A stretch of 64,000 nt of DNA, from assembly GCA_951406725.2 (NCBI GenBank), contig OX597814.1, forward strand, positions 59,706,001 through 59,770,000, read 5' to 3'. The notes below the pieces were generated by a model. That model ran no database searches, was not told where the DNA came from, and saw only the letters and a program-made list of their open reading frames with translations. Of this stretch, positions 11,926 through 27,904 are shown in pieces. Position 1 is the first letter of the stretch; each line of letters opens with the position of its first letter. Position numbers and translations under genes: made by a program. Origin of the DNA: Octopus vulgaris. Lineage: Eukaryota.

Positions 11926-14835
11926 TAGGGTGGAGGGAGAATAAAATATTGGAAAAATTGAAAATGCCTGAGGTCTAAAATGTTGCTATATTTAATTACT
12001 AGAAAAATGCTAAATTTTTGCTAAGATCAGTCAGGGACATTTACTCCCTCAATCCCCCTAAACTCCGAAAATGGTGGATGCTTGTGAATTTGTTTACAAT
12101 ATCGCTAAAACTGTAGAATTTATGTCAATACACACTGTATTCAGGATTGCGAAATGCATGAAAATCCGTTTATTTGTTCAGAATTCGTGTACTTCTTTAC
12201 TAATGAATGTGTGAGGTTTTAAATTTAAAACTGCTTTTTAGTATCATATTTTTTAATGATGCACGAGATTTTATTCAGGCACGAATAAAGCCGTTCCTAT
12301 TTGCCTCTCCACAATCTGCAAGTGAAGCTTCACAAACTAATCTTACTGCTCTTTCAACACTTTGAGAGTGGCAAGGAATCTTTTAAAACTCTATTTTAGG
12401 AATACTTTGATCTTCCAGAAGGTAATGTAGAGTTTCATTTTCGACGAGTCTTAGTAAATGCGGGCCATATTTTTGGCATTTTCCCACTATGAGCTCAGTG
12501 TACTCTCTGGCTGAAAAGTTTATTTCCGGGATTCAAAATTTTCTGATGGGGCGTTCACATGTTATTTTGAATGTCGAAACGAAATGATCCATGTTATTGC
12601 GAGTCCACGGATGTGATATCGATCATCACAGAACATGCTCAGAAGAATGCTCTTTGGGTGGGCGCAGAAGCCATTTATTTGGATCACATTAACAATAATC
12701 CTTTGATATTGATTTGGAAGATATCTTGGAAACTTAATCATTTGAAATAAATGCAGTGATCCAAAGTTGCATGATGGTGTGTCTTTAATTTGAAACTAAA
12801 CTGGAGTGTACATTCGCATCACAAATGTTGCTAAAGTTGGACAAATTTTAGGAACATATAATCAAAGGATTCTAAAAGCGGTTGTTAGTCATCTGGAATG
12901 AGGACCTGGTCCAGGTTTTCGGCGAACCAGGTCGTTATTTATTATACCAGAGCTTACTCCCTCAAAAAGCATAAGTGATAGCTTTTGGTCATTGCTCAAT
13001 TCTAAGGTATGGATTTGTGACAAAAACTGACATTTAATAAGAACAAATTTGACAACTGGACGGTTTTCAAACTCTTTTATTCCCTTTCAGTCTTTCCAGA
13101 ATAGCTCGATGGTCCTGATGTTGACCCGTCAATGAATATGAATAAATGTCTCAACAATAATTCATTTGTGTGAAGGAGACAGATTAACTATTAGAGTGGA
13201 TTCTCAGTATTTTCTTCAAGCGATCGAATGGCACCATTATGGATTCCAACATTTACGTTCTTCCCATCACAGCCAACCACAGTTAAATCATCCAAAGCAG
13301 CATCGTTTTCAGCAAAGAATAATAGTGTCGTTGATGCAATGATAGCTGATGACCGACCAGAACCAGGAGTAATATAACCGACATAGAAACAATTGAGTTC
13401 TTCAATCAAAACAATGTTCTCCAGAACCGGTCTGAAGATAGAATCTGGTTTCTTTTTTTTACTTGAATCCTTGTTTGGCTTTTTTCTTCCATCAAAGTAG
13501 AGTACTTCTAAGTTTTGAACATCACACTCGCTTGCAAGAATACTTTTGTATTTGGTTCTTTCTCTTCTTTCGTCTTATTTTAGAACATTCTGCTACATGA
13601 TCATGATCTACTTTAGTTACTATGTTTAAATTTGTGGGTAGGGAAGAAGCATCAGATGCAGCAAGTCGGTCTTACAGACCATATCTATCACATTCTAGTG
13701 CAGTTGTTAGTAAATTAATTCTCATTTGTTTACTTAGTTTTCTTTCATTTCTTTCTTCTCAGTTGACATCCTTTTTCGAGAAACATTGCCCCTTTTCGTG
13801 CGCAGAACTATGCATTTCATTTTCTTGCTTATGCATTTTTTCTAATCGCTTTTCCTTCGCAATACTTCGTCAAGCACGCCAGTCTACTCCATCAGCAAAG
13901 ATATTCCTCTAAGTCCTTTGACCAACAAAAAGTCATCTCTCTTCAACAGGCAATTTCTTACCTCTGCTACAAACACAATCACTAAATATTTCGCATTTGC
14001 AGCAGGCTTTATTCAATAAGTTTCCACAAGGTAGTCTAAATTCGGAAACTGTTTTAACGTAACAATCATTGCTAAGTCGACCTAGATTTTTCTTCAGATT
14101 GCAATATTTCTCATACCATGATTTAATTATTGCATTTATACGTTGAAAAGATCGGCCAGGAATGGGTGCTCTTTTCCATATCTCAAAAAGATTGGTTGCT
14201 AGTCTTGAGGATATAATTTCAAGTACACCTCGATTTATAAGTTTCTCATAAGATTTTATATACATGGGATTACTTAAAACATCGCTCACTGTCTAAAATA
14301 GGACACTCGTAAGATCTTGTCGTTATGTCATTACATTATGTTAGTAGCCATTACAGGAACACGATAACACTTTTCCGTATAACTAAGAAAAGGAAACTGT
14401 TTAAGCAGAAACAAATTGTTATGAAACGAGTGGCAACAGGTTTCAGCAAGAGGTGATCTCTCCCATGATTTAAAAGTGTTTGAGGCGCTCAGTCAAAATG
14501 CATTAAACCTTTTTTTATGCAAGCGGGTTTCAATATTCTGCAGATTCATCCACGCAGTCCAGCGTATTTCTTATCATACATCGTCATTCTTTTTCTAATT
14601 GAATAATAAACAATTTTGAATAGTGTGAGTATTGACATAATTTTCATAATTTTAGCCCTATTGTAAAAAAATTGCAAAAATCACCTATTTTCGGAGTATG
14701 GGGGATTTGGTGGAGTAAATGCACGTGAATGATGTTAGCGAAAATTTAGCCTTTTCCTAGTAATATAATATAAAGCAAGATTTAAGGCCTCGAGGATTTT
14801 CAGCTTCTACAATTGTTTATTTTAACTCTATTCTA
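11926..14835 (-). mobile_element. Decayed hATm-like DNA transposon with ~220-bp imperfect TIRs
   Basis: 11926-12145 is an inverted repeat of ~14615-14835 (tttactccctcaatccccctaaactccgaaaatggtg vs cacctattttcggagtatgggggatttggtggagtaaa); TAGGG left end. Minus-strand transposase motifs: IWKRAPIP, CCKC..CVC, LYFDGRK, VGCDGKNVNVG..GAIRSLEE, LLLRHLF..DG.TSGP, IPCHSQSVERAVRLV.EAS. Confidence 0.8.
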
Positions 14836-15169
14836 TTACATAAGGTAAGGAATTCTCCTTTATGTTCATCAATCGAAAATCAATTACTCTTGTAAAAGTT
14901 TCGAATAACCCTATATATGCATAAGAAGACAATGATACTGAAAATATAAACCAATGTCATATTGTATCATCTTAAAAATAGAAGGATATATTAAGTTACA
15001 CAGTCTTAGGAGAGATATATCTGGACAAAGTTGAAATGAGCAGAACTGAATTGTACTTTTACTGTAACTCTACAGGATTAGAGATTACCTGAATCTCAAC
15101 ATGGAAAGTAGTTCTAGCACAAGGTGGGGTAAAATGGAGTGTTTAATGCAATCGAACATGCGATTTGTA

Positions 15170-15760
15170 CTGCGAGAGGTATGAATATGCCCTCGGAATC
15201 CCCATCACAGAAGGTGACAAAATCTTATGGCTTGGAAGAGCTGTACTGATCGGATCATAGAAGTATGGTGTACTTGATGGAGTGAATGGAAGTACATAAC
15301 GAAACTTACATAATGGAAAATACCAACTCAAAAACTACTAATAAGGTTGATATGAGAGCGAATATCATACTCTATTCAGTCTCATCAATACTAGTGAGTG
15401 TATTTGAAACCACTTTGCCACATGAAAGCATAACATCTACAAGACTCAGAAGTACGTTATATTAGCCAACAGCTGGAGAAAAATTTGGCCTTCAATTCAA
15501 ATTCGTCCACGTGAATCTGGTGCATTACGAGCAAGTTTGCTGTGATCTCATGAAAGGACTGTCAGTTTACAGAAAGTAATGGTCGAGAACCCTAAACAAA
15601 ATGACAGAAGCGGCCACAAAGATTTGAAACTGGATATGATGAAAAAGGAACAAAAATAATCTTCAGAATCCATAACTTTGAAAGCTTGTCTCAATGCGAT
15701 GTTGTTACACCGTGGAAGGTATCTTGGTTTGATCCGTCTTACTATCCTAGAAATTGCGGT
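15170..15760 (+). mobile_element. Possible very old Gypsy-type RNase H/integrase remnant
   Basis: WLGRAVLI / SDHRSMVYLM resembles the YL.GR.F.L.TDH..L RNase H signature. Heavily frameshifted. Confidence 0.3.
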
Positions 15761-16449
15761 ATAGGACACAAACAGGGGCAAAAGGTGTGGCAGCAGAGGA
15801 ATATACATGAATCATTACATGGATGAGACCTAGCACTTTTATAATGTAAGGGATCAGTTGACACTCTTAACTGCTTTATGGTAGGTTAACATTATATTCA
15901 CCACAAGAGACGTTTATTTCTGCTGGTTTTAACTTTATCTTATCCCTTTCCCTCTTCTTCTCTCTTTGATGTTCTATCCTCATTTGTTTCTTCTTATGAT
16001 CTAGAAGCTATCCTTCCTCATTTTCCCCTCACCTTGCATCACTTTCTCCCTCTGCTCACCATTTTGCCTGTTATTTTTGCTAGCATAAACTACATTTGCC
16101 AACATTCCCTTGATGAGGAACATCGAACTTATTGTAATATATTCATGCGACGTGCTACCGGTTACTTACTCATACATTTTCTCACGTTCAATCAGCAATT
16201 TATGATTATGATTATTTCGCAACTACGGGCTTTCTGAAACCGCTGTCGTGTAATGAAATTACGTATTTTTTTATTCATTATTTTTCTGTATTGCTATGCT
16301 CCATACAAAGATATTCATAAGAAACTTAACTCCATATCAGCATCAGCTCGATTTGGATTTCTCTTATAGCCATTCTTGCCGGAGCGGGCGTCAATCATTT
16401 TAACTACGTTTTCTATACTTAGCATACCCAGCTTTCATCTATTGTTAAC

Positions 16450-16497
<48 letters not shown>

Positions 16498-16614
16498 ACA
16501 TATGTACATATGTGTGTGTATGTATGTATGTAAGTAAGTATGTATGTATTTATGTATATATATATATATTTACATTCACGCACGTAAACACACTCACCTG
16601 TATATATATATGCA

Positions 16615-17576
<962 letters not shown>

Positions 17577-17587
17577 AATAGGAATAA

Positions 17588-17707
17588 AGGAATAAAAGTA
17601 ATAGAAATCATTATTTTGAATTGTTAAAGAAATTCAAGTATATATATGTATATATGCTTGAATCTCTTTAACAATTCAAAATAATGACTTCTATTACATT
17701 TATTCCT
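17588..17707. repeat. 120-bp near-perfect palindrome
   Basis: aggaataaaagtaatagaaatcattattttgaattgttaaagaaattcaagtatatata is mirrored by tatatatgcttgaatctctttaacaattcaaaataatgacttctattacatttattcct. Confidence 0.9.
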
Positions 17708-17860
17708 ACCTCAGTTCATCTAATTGTATATATCTTTCGTTACTTTACATAAAAAAGCCTTTACTTTTTTTTTATTTACAATGTGCATTTTCATTTATTT
17801 TTCTTACTTTCCCCTTACATTAGAACGTGTAGATTCTATTTTCTTTTTGTAACATATTTC

Positions 17861-17897
<37 letters not shown>

Positions 17898-17898
<1 letters not shown>

Positions 17899-18072
17899 GT
17901 AAATAATTGCAGCGTAGAAGGTGTTTGTGAGCCATGTAAGAAACACTCAAAAGCCGTCCGATTCACTTCAACATTTAAGTTTAATTTATCAAAATATTTT
18001 CGTCACTTTAAGACCGTGACCTGTTCACTGACAAAAATCCGTGCTGCATCTGAGAAAGTAACAGTTAATTCG
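17898..18072 (-). mobile_element. Short Penelope-like terminal (pLTR) fragment in (TA)n
   Basis: Flanked by TA repeats; the minus strand has a hammerhead-like fold (stem gtcac/gtgac, then GAAA, then palindromic aatatt). Confidence 0.4.
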
Positions 18073-18079
18073 TTATATA

Positions 18080-19440
<1,361 letters not shown>

Positions 19441-20759
19441 CAGTAAATGAAACCAGTATTACTGACATTCGTAACTGATGTATGTTAGTTTAACATTATC
19501 TCAATCACAGAAGACGTTTACATCCGCTCATGTTAACTTTATCATACCTACTCCTATCTAAATATCTTATTGTACTGAGTTTATCGGCAAATGGGAGTCA
19601 AATGGAAATGATAAAATTATTATACACATGTACATTTTAATTTCGAGTAGCATCATCTTCCAAAGATTTATTGATTTTTTACATTCAAATATTAATAGAA
19701 AGAAGATACATTAGACAGAGTGAAACATATCTATTTACACTCAACTCAATATTTGTTTTTCTTTGTTTTCCTTTTTTGCATTTCCTTCTAATCCAATAAG
19801 GTATATGATATATACATTTACTTAATAACATGAACTGATTGATATAAATATAATGTTTTTCGTCGTTTTTATGATGCATTTGTGCTTCATGCGGTTATTT
19901 AGTGTAATGTTTTCCCTACGCTTTGTCTCTGAATGCATAAGGAGATCTAGAAATAAGTAGTAGTTATGCATTTGATTGCATAATCGTCTGGCTATTTTAC
20001 ATTTTCAGTTTTCCTTTTATTTGTTGCAAGATCAGCTCCAAGTAGAATTAGAAGCAGCAAAACTCTAGAAGAGAACGTCGTTCTTCATTTCTGTACTTAC
20101 CTATGAAATTCGGCTGGCTTTTTTTTATATAGTTTTTGCACATCATCAATGGGGGAAAACGGTTTAGCGAAAAGAGAATAAGAAAGTTTTGAAAACTAAA
20201 TAGACACAATTAGTATATTGAAATACAATTCCTAATTGTTATTGATTGTGCTTAGACTTAATGACAAAATTGCTTTAATTACATTCAAATTTAAAGTGAT
20301 ATTTTCTGAGGAATTAATAATTATATTGATGATACATTATATTTTCAGTACTTCTATGTTTATTATATACAAAATTACATAGCACCTTTTTTCAAAAAAA
20401 TCAAATTTAACGCTTGCAGAGTACTGCATCTCGAATAAAACAACGTGCAATTATTTCTACATTAATAGGGGCCTTGATATAAAACACTAATTACCATGTA
20501 TTAATTAGAACGGCACTAATTTGCTTTTTTTTCTGAATAATCGCCTGTTAAGAAGGCTTATCTTGTAGATAACCCTTGTATGTTTTCCAATATCTTCAAC
20601 TCAGCACAATATACATTGACGGGGAGGGGCATTCCAGAGAGCGTAAGAATTTGGTACCACAGATGCGATGAAATAGATGGGCCGGGGCATAGGGAGGGAG
20701 AAACCGTAGAGGAAAAGGACGGATGTGCGACGGATTGACACTCTGCACTTGACTGAAGA

Positions 20760-20805
<46 letters not shown>

Positions 20806-21067
20806 TTGCATTATGTATATATATATGGTTAGGGGAGCATTCACAAAAAAGACGAAGACAGGTGGTGTAGACAACAAACGGATGTATTAGTATAACACTC
20901 GGGTAGTGAAAAAGTATTTAACGATTCGTACCTACGCTCTTCCACAGAAAGGAACACAGAAAGAAACAAGGGGAGTATATATATATATATACATACATAC
21001 ATATGTACACACACAATCACACATTCACACACGTAAATGTACAGATACCCACGCACATATATATCTT

Positions 21068-21300
21068 CTATCTTTTACTTGATTCAGTCATTTGACTCGG
21101 TTATTCCGGGTCACCGCCTTAAAGAGATTTAGTCGAACAAATCGACCCTGAGACTTATTTTTCTAAGCCTAGTACTTACTCTATCGGTCATTTCTCCGAA
21201 CCACTAAGTTACTAGGACATAAATATACCAACACCAGTTTTCAAATGGTGGTGGCGGGACAAATACGGACACAAATACACTCACACACGTAGCCACAGAA

Positions 21301-21350
<50 letters not shown>

Positions 21351-21496
21351 AGAATGGAAAAAAGCAACAAGAATGCTTTTTTCCTATTTGTAATCACCCC
21401 ACGTGTCGTATGGTTAACACCATATAGATTTTGCCTAGTTAAGGACCATATTCATGTGAATTCTTTAGAATTCACTAGAATCTCAATTACTTAACC

Positions 21497-21568
<72 letters not shown>

Positions 21569-21712
21569 CGGCTTTTTTCAGTTTCCATTTAACAAATCTA
21601 CTTACAAGAATATGGTCGGCCCGAGGTAATAGTAGAAGGCATTTGCCGAAGGTGCCATGCAGTGAGACTAAAATCATATGGTTGGGAATCAAGCTTCTAA
21701 CCACACAGTCAC
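21068..21712 (-). mobile_element. tRNA-derived SINE (family B) interrupted by (TA)n and a short insert
   Basis: Minus-strand head gtgactgtgtggttagaagcttgattcccaacc...tctcactgcatggcacc; body tagtcgaacaaatcgacc...aagcctagtacttactctatcgg is shared with 55835-56087 and 56230-56500. Confidence 0.7.
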
Positions 21713-22849
21713 ATACATATATAAAACCTTTTCGGCCATGCTTAACCGTATATTTGCGCCTGTACATGCATCCTCTGACAACAATTATTCTGTATACTCG
21801 AGGGAATACAATTCCATGTAAGGTTCCCCCTCACCTCACCGATGTTCTCAAAAGAATGATGTTCTCAATAGAAAGCCTAGAAAAACAGTAGGTATATCTA
21901 CCACTAGTGTCGCTTCTTGCGTTGCTGCTAGAAAACAAATGACCCAACTATTGCAAATCACAAACACACATCAATGCAGTGGTTCAATGCAGGTCGTCTG
22001 GCTAGTTGGGAAAGATTTAACAATCATTACTTGAACACCGCTGCGCTTTATAATTTCTCCTTTTTTTTTTCTAAACTGTCACCACTCCTCTTAACCCACT
22101 TGCTATCTCGCCATTTCTTTTGGCAACTGTATTAACAGTCTCCCTCCAGACATTTCCAAAGAAATGTTTCCTAGACTTTTTACTCACTGGAAGATACTAC
22201 TTACTCAGAATTTACTTACAGGCAGAGATATAAACTGAAGAACGTAATTATCTGCAAACTGGTTATATATAAGCTGGAGATTTCGAATACTGTTCCTATC
22301 ACTATATAGAATCACAGCAATAATCATATAAATTCTTTTACCTAGATATCTAATACTAGTTTGTGTGCATTCAACAACATACACCGCATCCGCACACACA
22401 CTAACACCAATTTAGACGCCTATAAACTTCGTCCAGATAAAAAAGAATAGGGTGTCTTTGAGTTTAAGTAATTATCTAGCATAATGAATGAAATTAGAAC
22501 TACAAGTTCAGTTTTCTAGAAATAACAGGCAAATTTGTTTCAGTTCTCATTGTAAGGCCTTAAAAGTGAAGGCTTTCTTAACAGCACTGATTTTTTAAAA
22601 CAAGGCAATTTCTAATGAACCTGGCTCGAATACTTTTTAATCATAGAGCTCATTTTGAACGTATCAAGAAACTTCTTGGAAAAGACATTAGTTCAATACA
22701 CTCCTACATTGAACATTTCAACATTTAGAGATATCTCGGCTTAGTATATCCATTGTATTCGTCGTTTCAAAGATGACAGTGATATAAGAGAGATTTGAGC
22801 GCTATTACCAGGGGTTTGACCTTATTTGTTGCGAGAAAGCTTACCGACA

Positions 22850-24225
22850 TTGGTCCTACCATCGAACAAACTTTTATCGGATTCTAGATTTTCATCGTGA
22901 TTAGAACCAGGTAAAACAAATATCGAAAGAGCATACTGTAAATTTTGTTGTGAAATTCAAGGCAGCGTAATTCATCTGGAGAGGCACGGAAAAACAGATA
23001 AACATATTAAAAATATTAATTCAGAATATAAAAATGGAAAACCGACCGACTGTTTGAAGTTGGAACAGTAGAACAGTAAACTGCTCTTGTGTTATTCTTT
23101 AATACTTCTGCTATTGAAGATAATAACAATACATCTTCAAATGTGCTGAACTCATTAACAAATCCAAACCCAGAGTTGTATTATGTATTTTTAGCATATA
23201 TTTTGCCAATTCGATTTCCAATTCGAAACCTACAGAATGCATAAATCTATTACATGTACTGTTAAGGGAATACTTGGCAAATTTGTTAAAAAATAAATTG
23301 TATGAAATAAAGAGGCACATAAAATTAACATCAATGATCCATCAGTGTATTTTCCCATAACCCAAATTTTCAGAGGAGCAAACGTTGAAAGCATTTGCAT
23401 AAAGAAAGCTTCATCTATTAGTACAACCGAATTGAAACAATGAAAATATTACATTTTTATGTACGTCTTGGGAAGGAAGTTTTTCAGCGCTTCTTTGCAC
23501 ATGATTTCTTCCGTAACCTAAAGCTTCTAGAGGCACTAGACCCAGTTAGTATTCGTGATTGCAATGTTCCAATTTCAATTGTTCATCTTGCATGTAAATT
23601 TCCAAATATTGTTCAGGTGAGGCAGGCAGATTGAAGCTCTTAATACAGAATGGAGAGACCTTAAACTTCAAGATAACAATGAAATAACTGAAGCTACGAA
23701 ACTAGAAGATTAATGGTATAAAATTTCTAAGGAAAATTTGGAGATGACGCTTGTTATCCAATCCTACCAGGCTTTATGTCTTAGTACCTATCATTTCCAC
23801 ATTCTTCAGCTGCAGCTGAGAGGATATTTTCAGCCCTAAATAACATTAAGTCAAGAATATGTCTAAACTGCATACCCAAACAATCATTGCTTTGCTGCAC
23901 CCAAAAGGTCTTCTTAATGATGTAAACTGAATAATTTATACATCCGTTGGGGTGCTTTGTGATAAATTAGAAGGAGGACAAGGACATTGGTACAAAGAGG
24001 AACCTCACCTTGTTGATTATGTAACTTTCTAATTATAAAGTAAGTAGACTAAATATGCGTAGGTCACTTTAAAATAAAGCCCTTTATATCATAAATAATA
24101 TATATTAAGCATTTAAGTTGCTCTATAGGCAAAATATAACAAATTTAAATTTTTGCACTTTTTAATCAAAATTTGGTACTTTTATTTTGGTAAATCTGGT
24201 ATTTTCATACGTGTGGCAAGCCTTG
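22850..24225 (+). mobile_element. Decayed hAT-superfamily transposon
   Basis: AYCKFCCEIQGSVIHLERHGKTDKH (BED-like finger, ~22930-23005); SFPHSSAAAERIFSALNNIK (hAT C-terminal dimerisation motif, ~23790-23850); tggcaagcct-like right end near 24213-24224. Confidence 0.7.
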
Positions 24226-24609
24226 TTGTGAGTTGTAAAGGCGCCGAAATATTACAAGGAGTAATGTTACATTGAGATGGACGGGATAGGGAGGGATACC
24301 TAAAGACAGAGAAACTTAGAGAAAAAAAGTTACCATTCATTACAGTTCATAACAGGTATATTATATATAGGCTGAGATGATATGAAAATCAGAGTTGTCA
24401 TTGGAGGGAATTGAGCTCATATCGCCGTCAGCCAGAAAGGTTTCCGCAAGTCAATCTATCTAGTGTTGCAACAACTCGACCAATTGGACACTTTACATAT
24501 GCGTACTCATACAAATACACAAGCATACAGATACATACATGCATACATACATACATACATACATACATACATACATACATACATACATACATACATACAT
24601 ACATACATA

Positions 24610-25085
24610 CATCGTCATAGAAGTCAGCTGCCCTGCTGGTATAAACATTTCTTTGAAAATCAAAGAAAAACAGGATATCTATGGACAACTGCTTCGAAAC
24701 CTCCAGTTTCTATATCCAGAATTTGAATTTATATTCATACGAATAACAAATGGAACACTAGGTATTTTAGTAAATGCTTAAAGGACAATCTGGATAAAGT
24801 GAGATTTTCAGAAAGCGATATCAGTTGGCTAATTCGTACATTACAAGTGGAATCTGTGAGTGGAACAGTAAAAATATGCAATACTTTCCTCAAGTTCCTC
24901 AGTGGAAGATTTGTAATAATTAAAACATAGACGAGACATACATAAGACTTTTCACAAGTTCCAAATGTGAATTTGTATGTGTTAACTACATTCCAAAGAT
25001 GGAGCTTTGAATTTTTGTTGGAAACCGGTTACTTCCTCAGTGGAAGCTTTATGATGATTAAAAATAGAAGAGGCATATATACATG
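24610..25085 (+). mobile_element. 3' end of an RLE-type (R4-like) LINE next to (CATA)n
   Basis: IVIEVSCPAGINISLKIKEKQDIYGQLLRNLQFLYPEFEF...GTLG...LQVESVSGTVKIC, homologous to 50029-50340. Confidence 0.75.
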
Positions 25086-27099
25086 CACACACACGCTTTG
25101 TAACTTGCTTGCCTTAAAATGGGTCAACTCTGTTGCAAGCATTCGGGCCAAGTTTTATTCCAAATGGAATACATACATATATCCATGCGACGGGTCACGG
25201 GAACTGGATTCTCTATTGAATAAAAGAAAGAAGGTATGCTTCTATACATTATACACGTGTTACACTAAAGTATTCTTTGAGCTACTAAAATATTTAATCT
25301 ATTGCAACCTTTCAGAAATGATGCTTGGTCGAGATTAATCCAGCAACCCAGCCAAGTTCGAACGATGTGATAGATTGCATGCAATGTTCTGAAGAGAAGT
25401 ACAACCTGAGAAGAGAACAGATGGACCAGTTTTAACGCCAATGATAACTAGACATAGTACAGTGAGTTGTGACTCATTGTATGTATATCGTTGTATCCAG
25501 AATCCATGTACTAGAATCCATGTACTCTTTCAGGTTAAAATGTTAGAAGATTGCTAACGAATATTCACTAACCTGTCGCTTTAGCAATATTTCTGGCTCA
25601 TAAGAAATATCAGTACGTCGTTCATATCTAAAGTCATTCTATGATTGTTACGGATATGTAGTTGACTCCATCCGCGTGTTTTTTATTTGTTTTGCTTTTT
25701 TGTTTTTTGTGTTTTTTTTTGCTTTTTTTACCTTTGAAAATATCAAATGCTTCTCTATGTATTTTCCTCTAAATTTTTGTTAAATACAATCTAGCATTTC
25801 ATGTCTAAACTAAATGTATAGTATTATTGACGGCATCGATGGTGGTAAATGGATAAAAACATTTGAAGAAAAAATGTGATAAAACTGGATCGTAATTCAT
25901 ATTCTACGTGTTTAAAAGAACTTATCACATCGAGGCTGTTTTTATACTTGCACGTACATACAAATATGGACACACAATGTAATATTTGGAAATCATTTTT
26001 TTTATATGTCTGTGTGTGTGTGGCTGGGGTGCAGGAAATATTCTGTTTATCATACAGCAGAAGTTAAGAAGGGAATATTATCTATAATAAAGACACAAAA
26101 GATCTTATCACGTAGAACTGATACTGATGAAATATATAATACGTACGAACTTATCATTTCTTATGACTTGTTAGGCACGTGCTCTTGATCTTAAATACTG
26201 TTGGACATTTTGTAAATGGTAATGGCAGTGATCCAATTTAACATTCTCACACATCTTAGCTTCTAGAATGTAGAATTTGAATTAATAAGATACCTTAAGA
26301 TTTAATTTTATTACCTCAAATATATATATCGCAACAAACCTGTCATTTTCCCCACAAGGATTGTTTCAACCTATACATAGCAAATATTGTTTTTATTATT
26401 CTCGGTGTACCTTCTTAAAGAAAACCGCTTTCAATCTTCTTCACTTGGAGGCCATTTTTAACTTTTGCCCATTTTTCTGTACGTTCAAAATTAATCTAAA
26501 AGTGGATTCATTTTCCGAAGTAAAATTGTTTTTGGACACTGTCATCTATGCTATTGATAAGTCTCAATAACGAATACATTGCTATTTCCTAAGTTATTCT
26601 TCCATGATTACTAAGAGTTTATTATAGATTATCTATTCATTCATCTAGTTGTTATTGGCAACTGATAGACTATTATTCATAGAAGTGATTTACCTAGTAT
26701 TTAAAGCGATGCAATATAGTATAATATAGAATATTTCGAGGTACCTAATCTATTACGCTATTCCTTGTATTCATTCATCAAAAGTTGAAGTTGATATGGA
26801 AATTAGATTTATTTATGTTAGTTAAAAGCAGTCTCTGCTTCACAAATCCCAAACGTTTCTAAGCTAACATATATTTTTGGACTGGTATAAATTTCTCTTG
26901 CTTTAAATAGCTCGGTAAATATTATGCCTTCGTAAACAGTGATCTAATAAGAGTGTAAGGATAAATTTCAGTGATATACCCGTTGGCAATCCAGATGAAA
27001 ATTTAAATGCGTTAATCTAGAATTGTAAGTACCAATTCATTTGCATATATTGTTAAAGAAGAAGCGAAATTATACATTTCTTCAGTAGTACTAACAATT

Positions 27100-27672
27100 G
27101 TCAAACTTGGTAAAAATTTTAGAGTATTTCTTTACCAAGTTCAAATCAACTGAGTTCAAATCAGAGCTAAAAATAAAAATTTTCATTGACGTCATGCAGG
27201 ATCCATTTATCGAGATTTTTCACTTTACCGATTTTTACAGGAGATCCGATACTGTTGAAACGCTAACATCAAGCATATGAGACATTTCTCAGACACTTTG
27301 TCGTGGATTTTGAAATATTTTCAAATGCTGGTCACCAAAGGTGGATGGACGTCCTCTCTCTTCTTGATCTTTAAGTCTCTCATCCCCACTACGTAATCTC
27401 TCAATCCACCGTCGTACCATACCATCACTAGTGGACCCTTCACGCCATGCTCTTTTGATATTGGAGGCTGTTTGAGAAGCATTATGTACAAGTTTAAATT
27501 CATACTGAGAAAGTAAACACGTTTCTTCATTTTTCATGTTTGTAAGAAATCAATAAAAGTTTAGTAAGGAGTATACATCAATTGTTAAGCATGTAACATT
27601 TCTTCGAAAGCACTACAAAAATAACATCTTAAATTGAATTTGAAAACAACGTATTTTCAGAACAATCTAATA
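27100..27672 (-). mobile_element. Mariner transposon 5' fragment (Hsmar1/SETMAR-like HTH)
   Basis: YEFKLVHNASQTASNIKRAW.EG...VRRWIERLRSGDERLKDQE.RGRPS; TIR-like tattagattgttctgaaaa on the minus strand at ~27654-27672. Confidence 0.8.
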
Positions 27673-27904
27673 CTTATTTTTATATACTACTTGGTATGTT
27701 GATACTTAGAGTAATAGAATTAGTGTTCTTACAGCTCTTAAGAATTCTTTTTTCTAAGTTATCTATGGAATGATAGGCGAACATTGGTGGACGTTGGGAA
27801 ATACTTTGGTGGCAACAACCAAAAACCAAAAGAAAATTCGTAAAACTAAGCAGATTTGGTGAACAATTGATTTTTTTCTTTTTTATATATATGTATATAA
27901 CATG

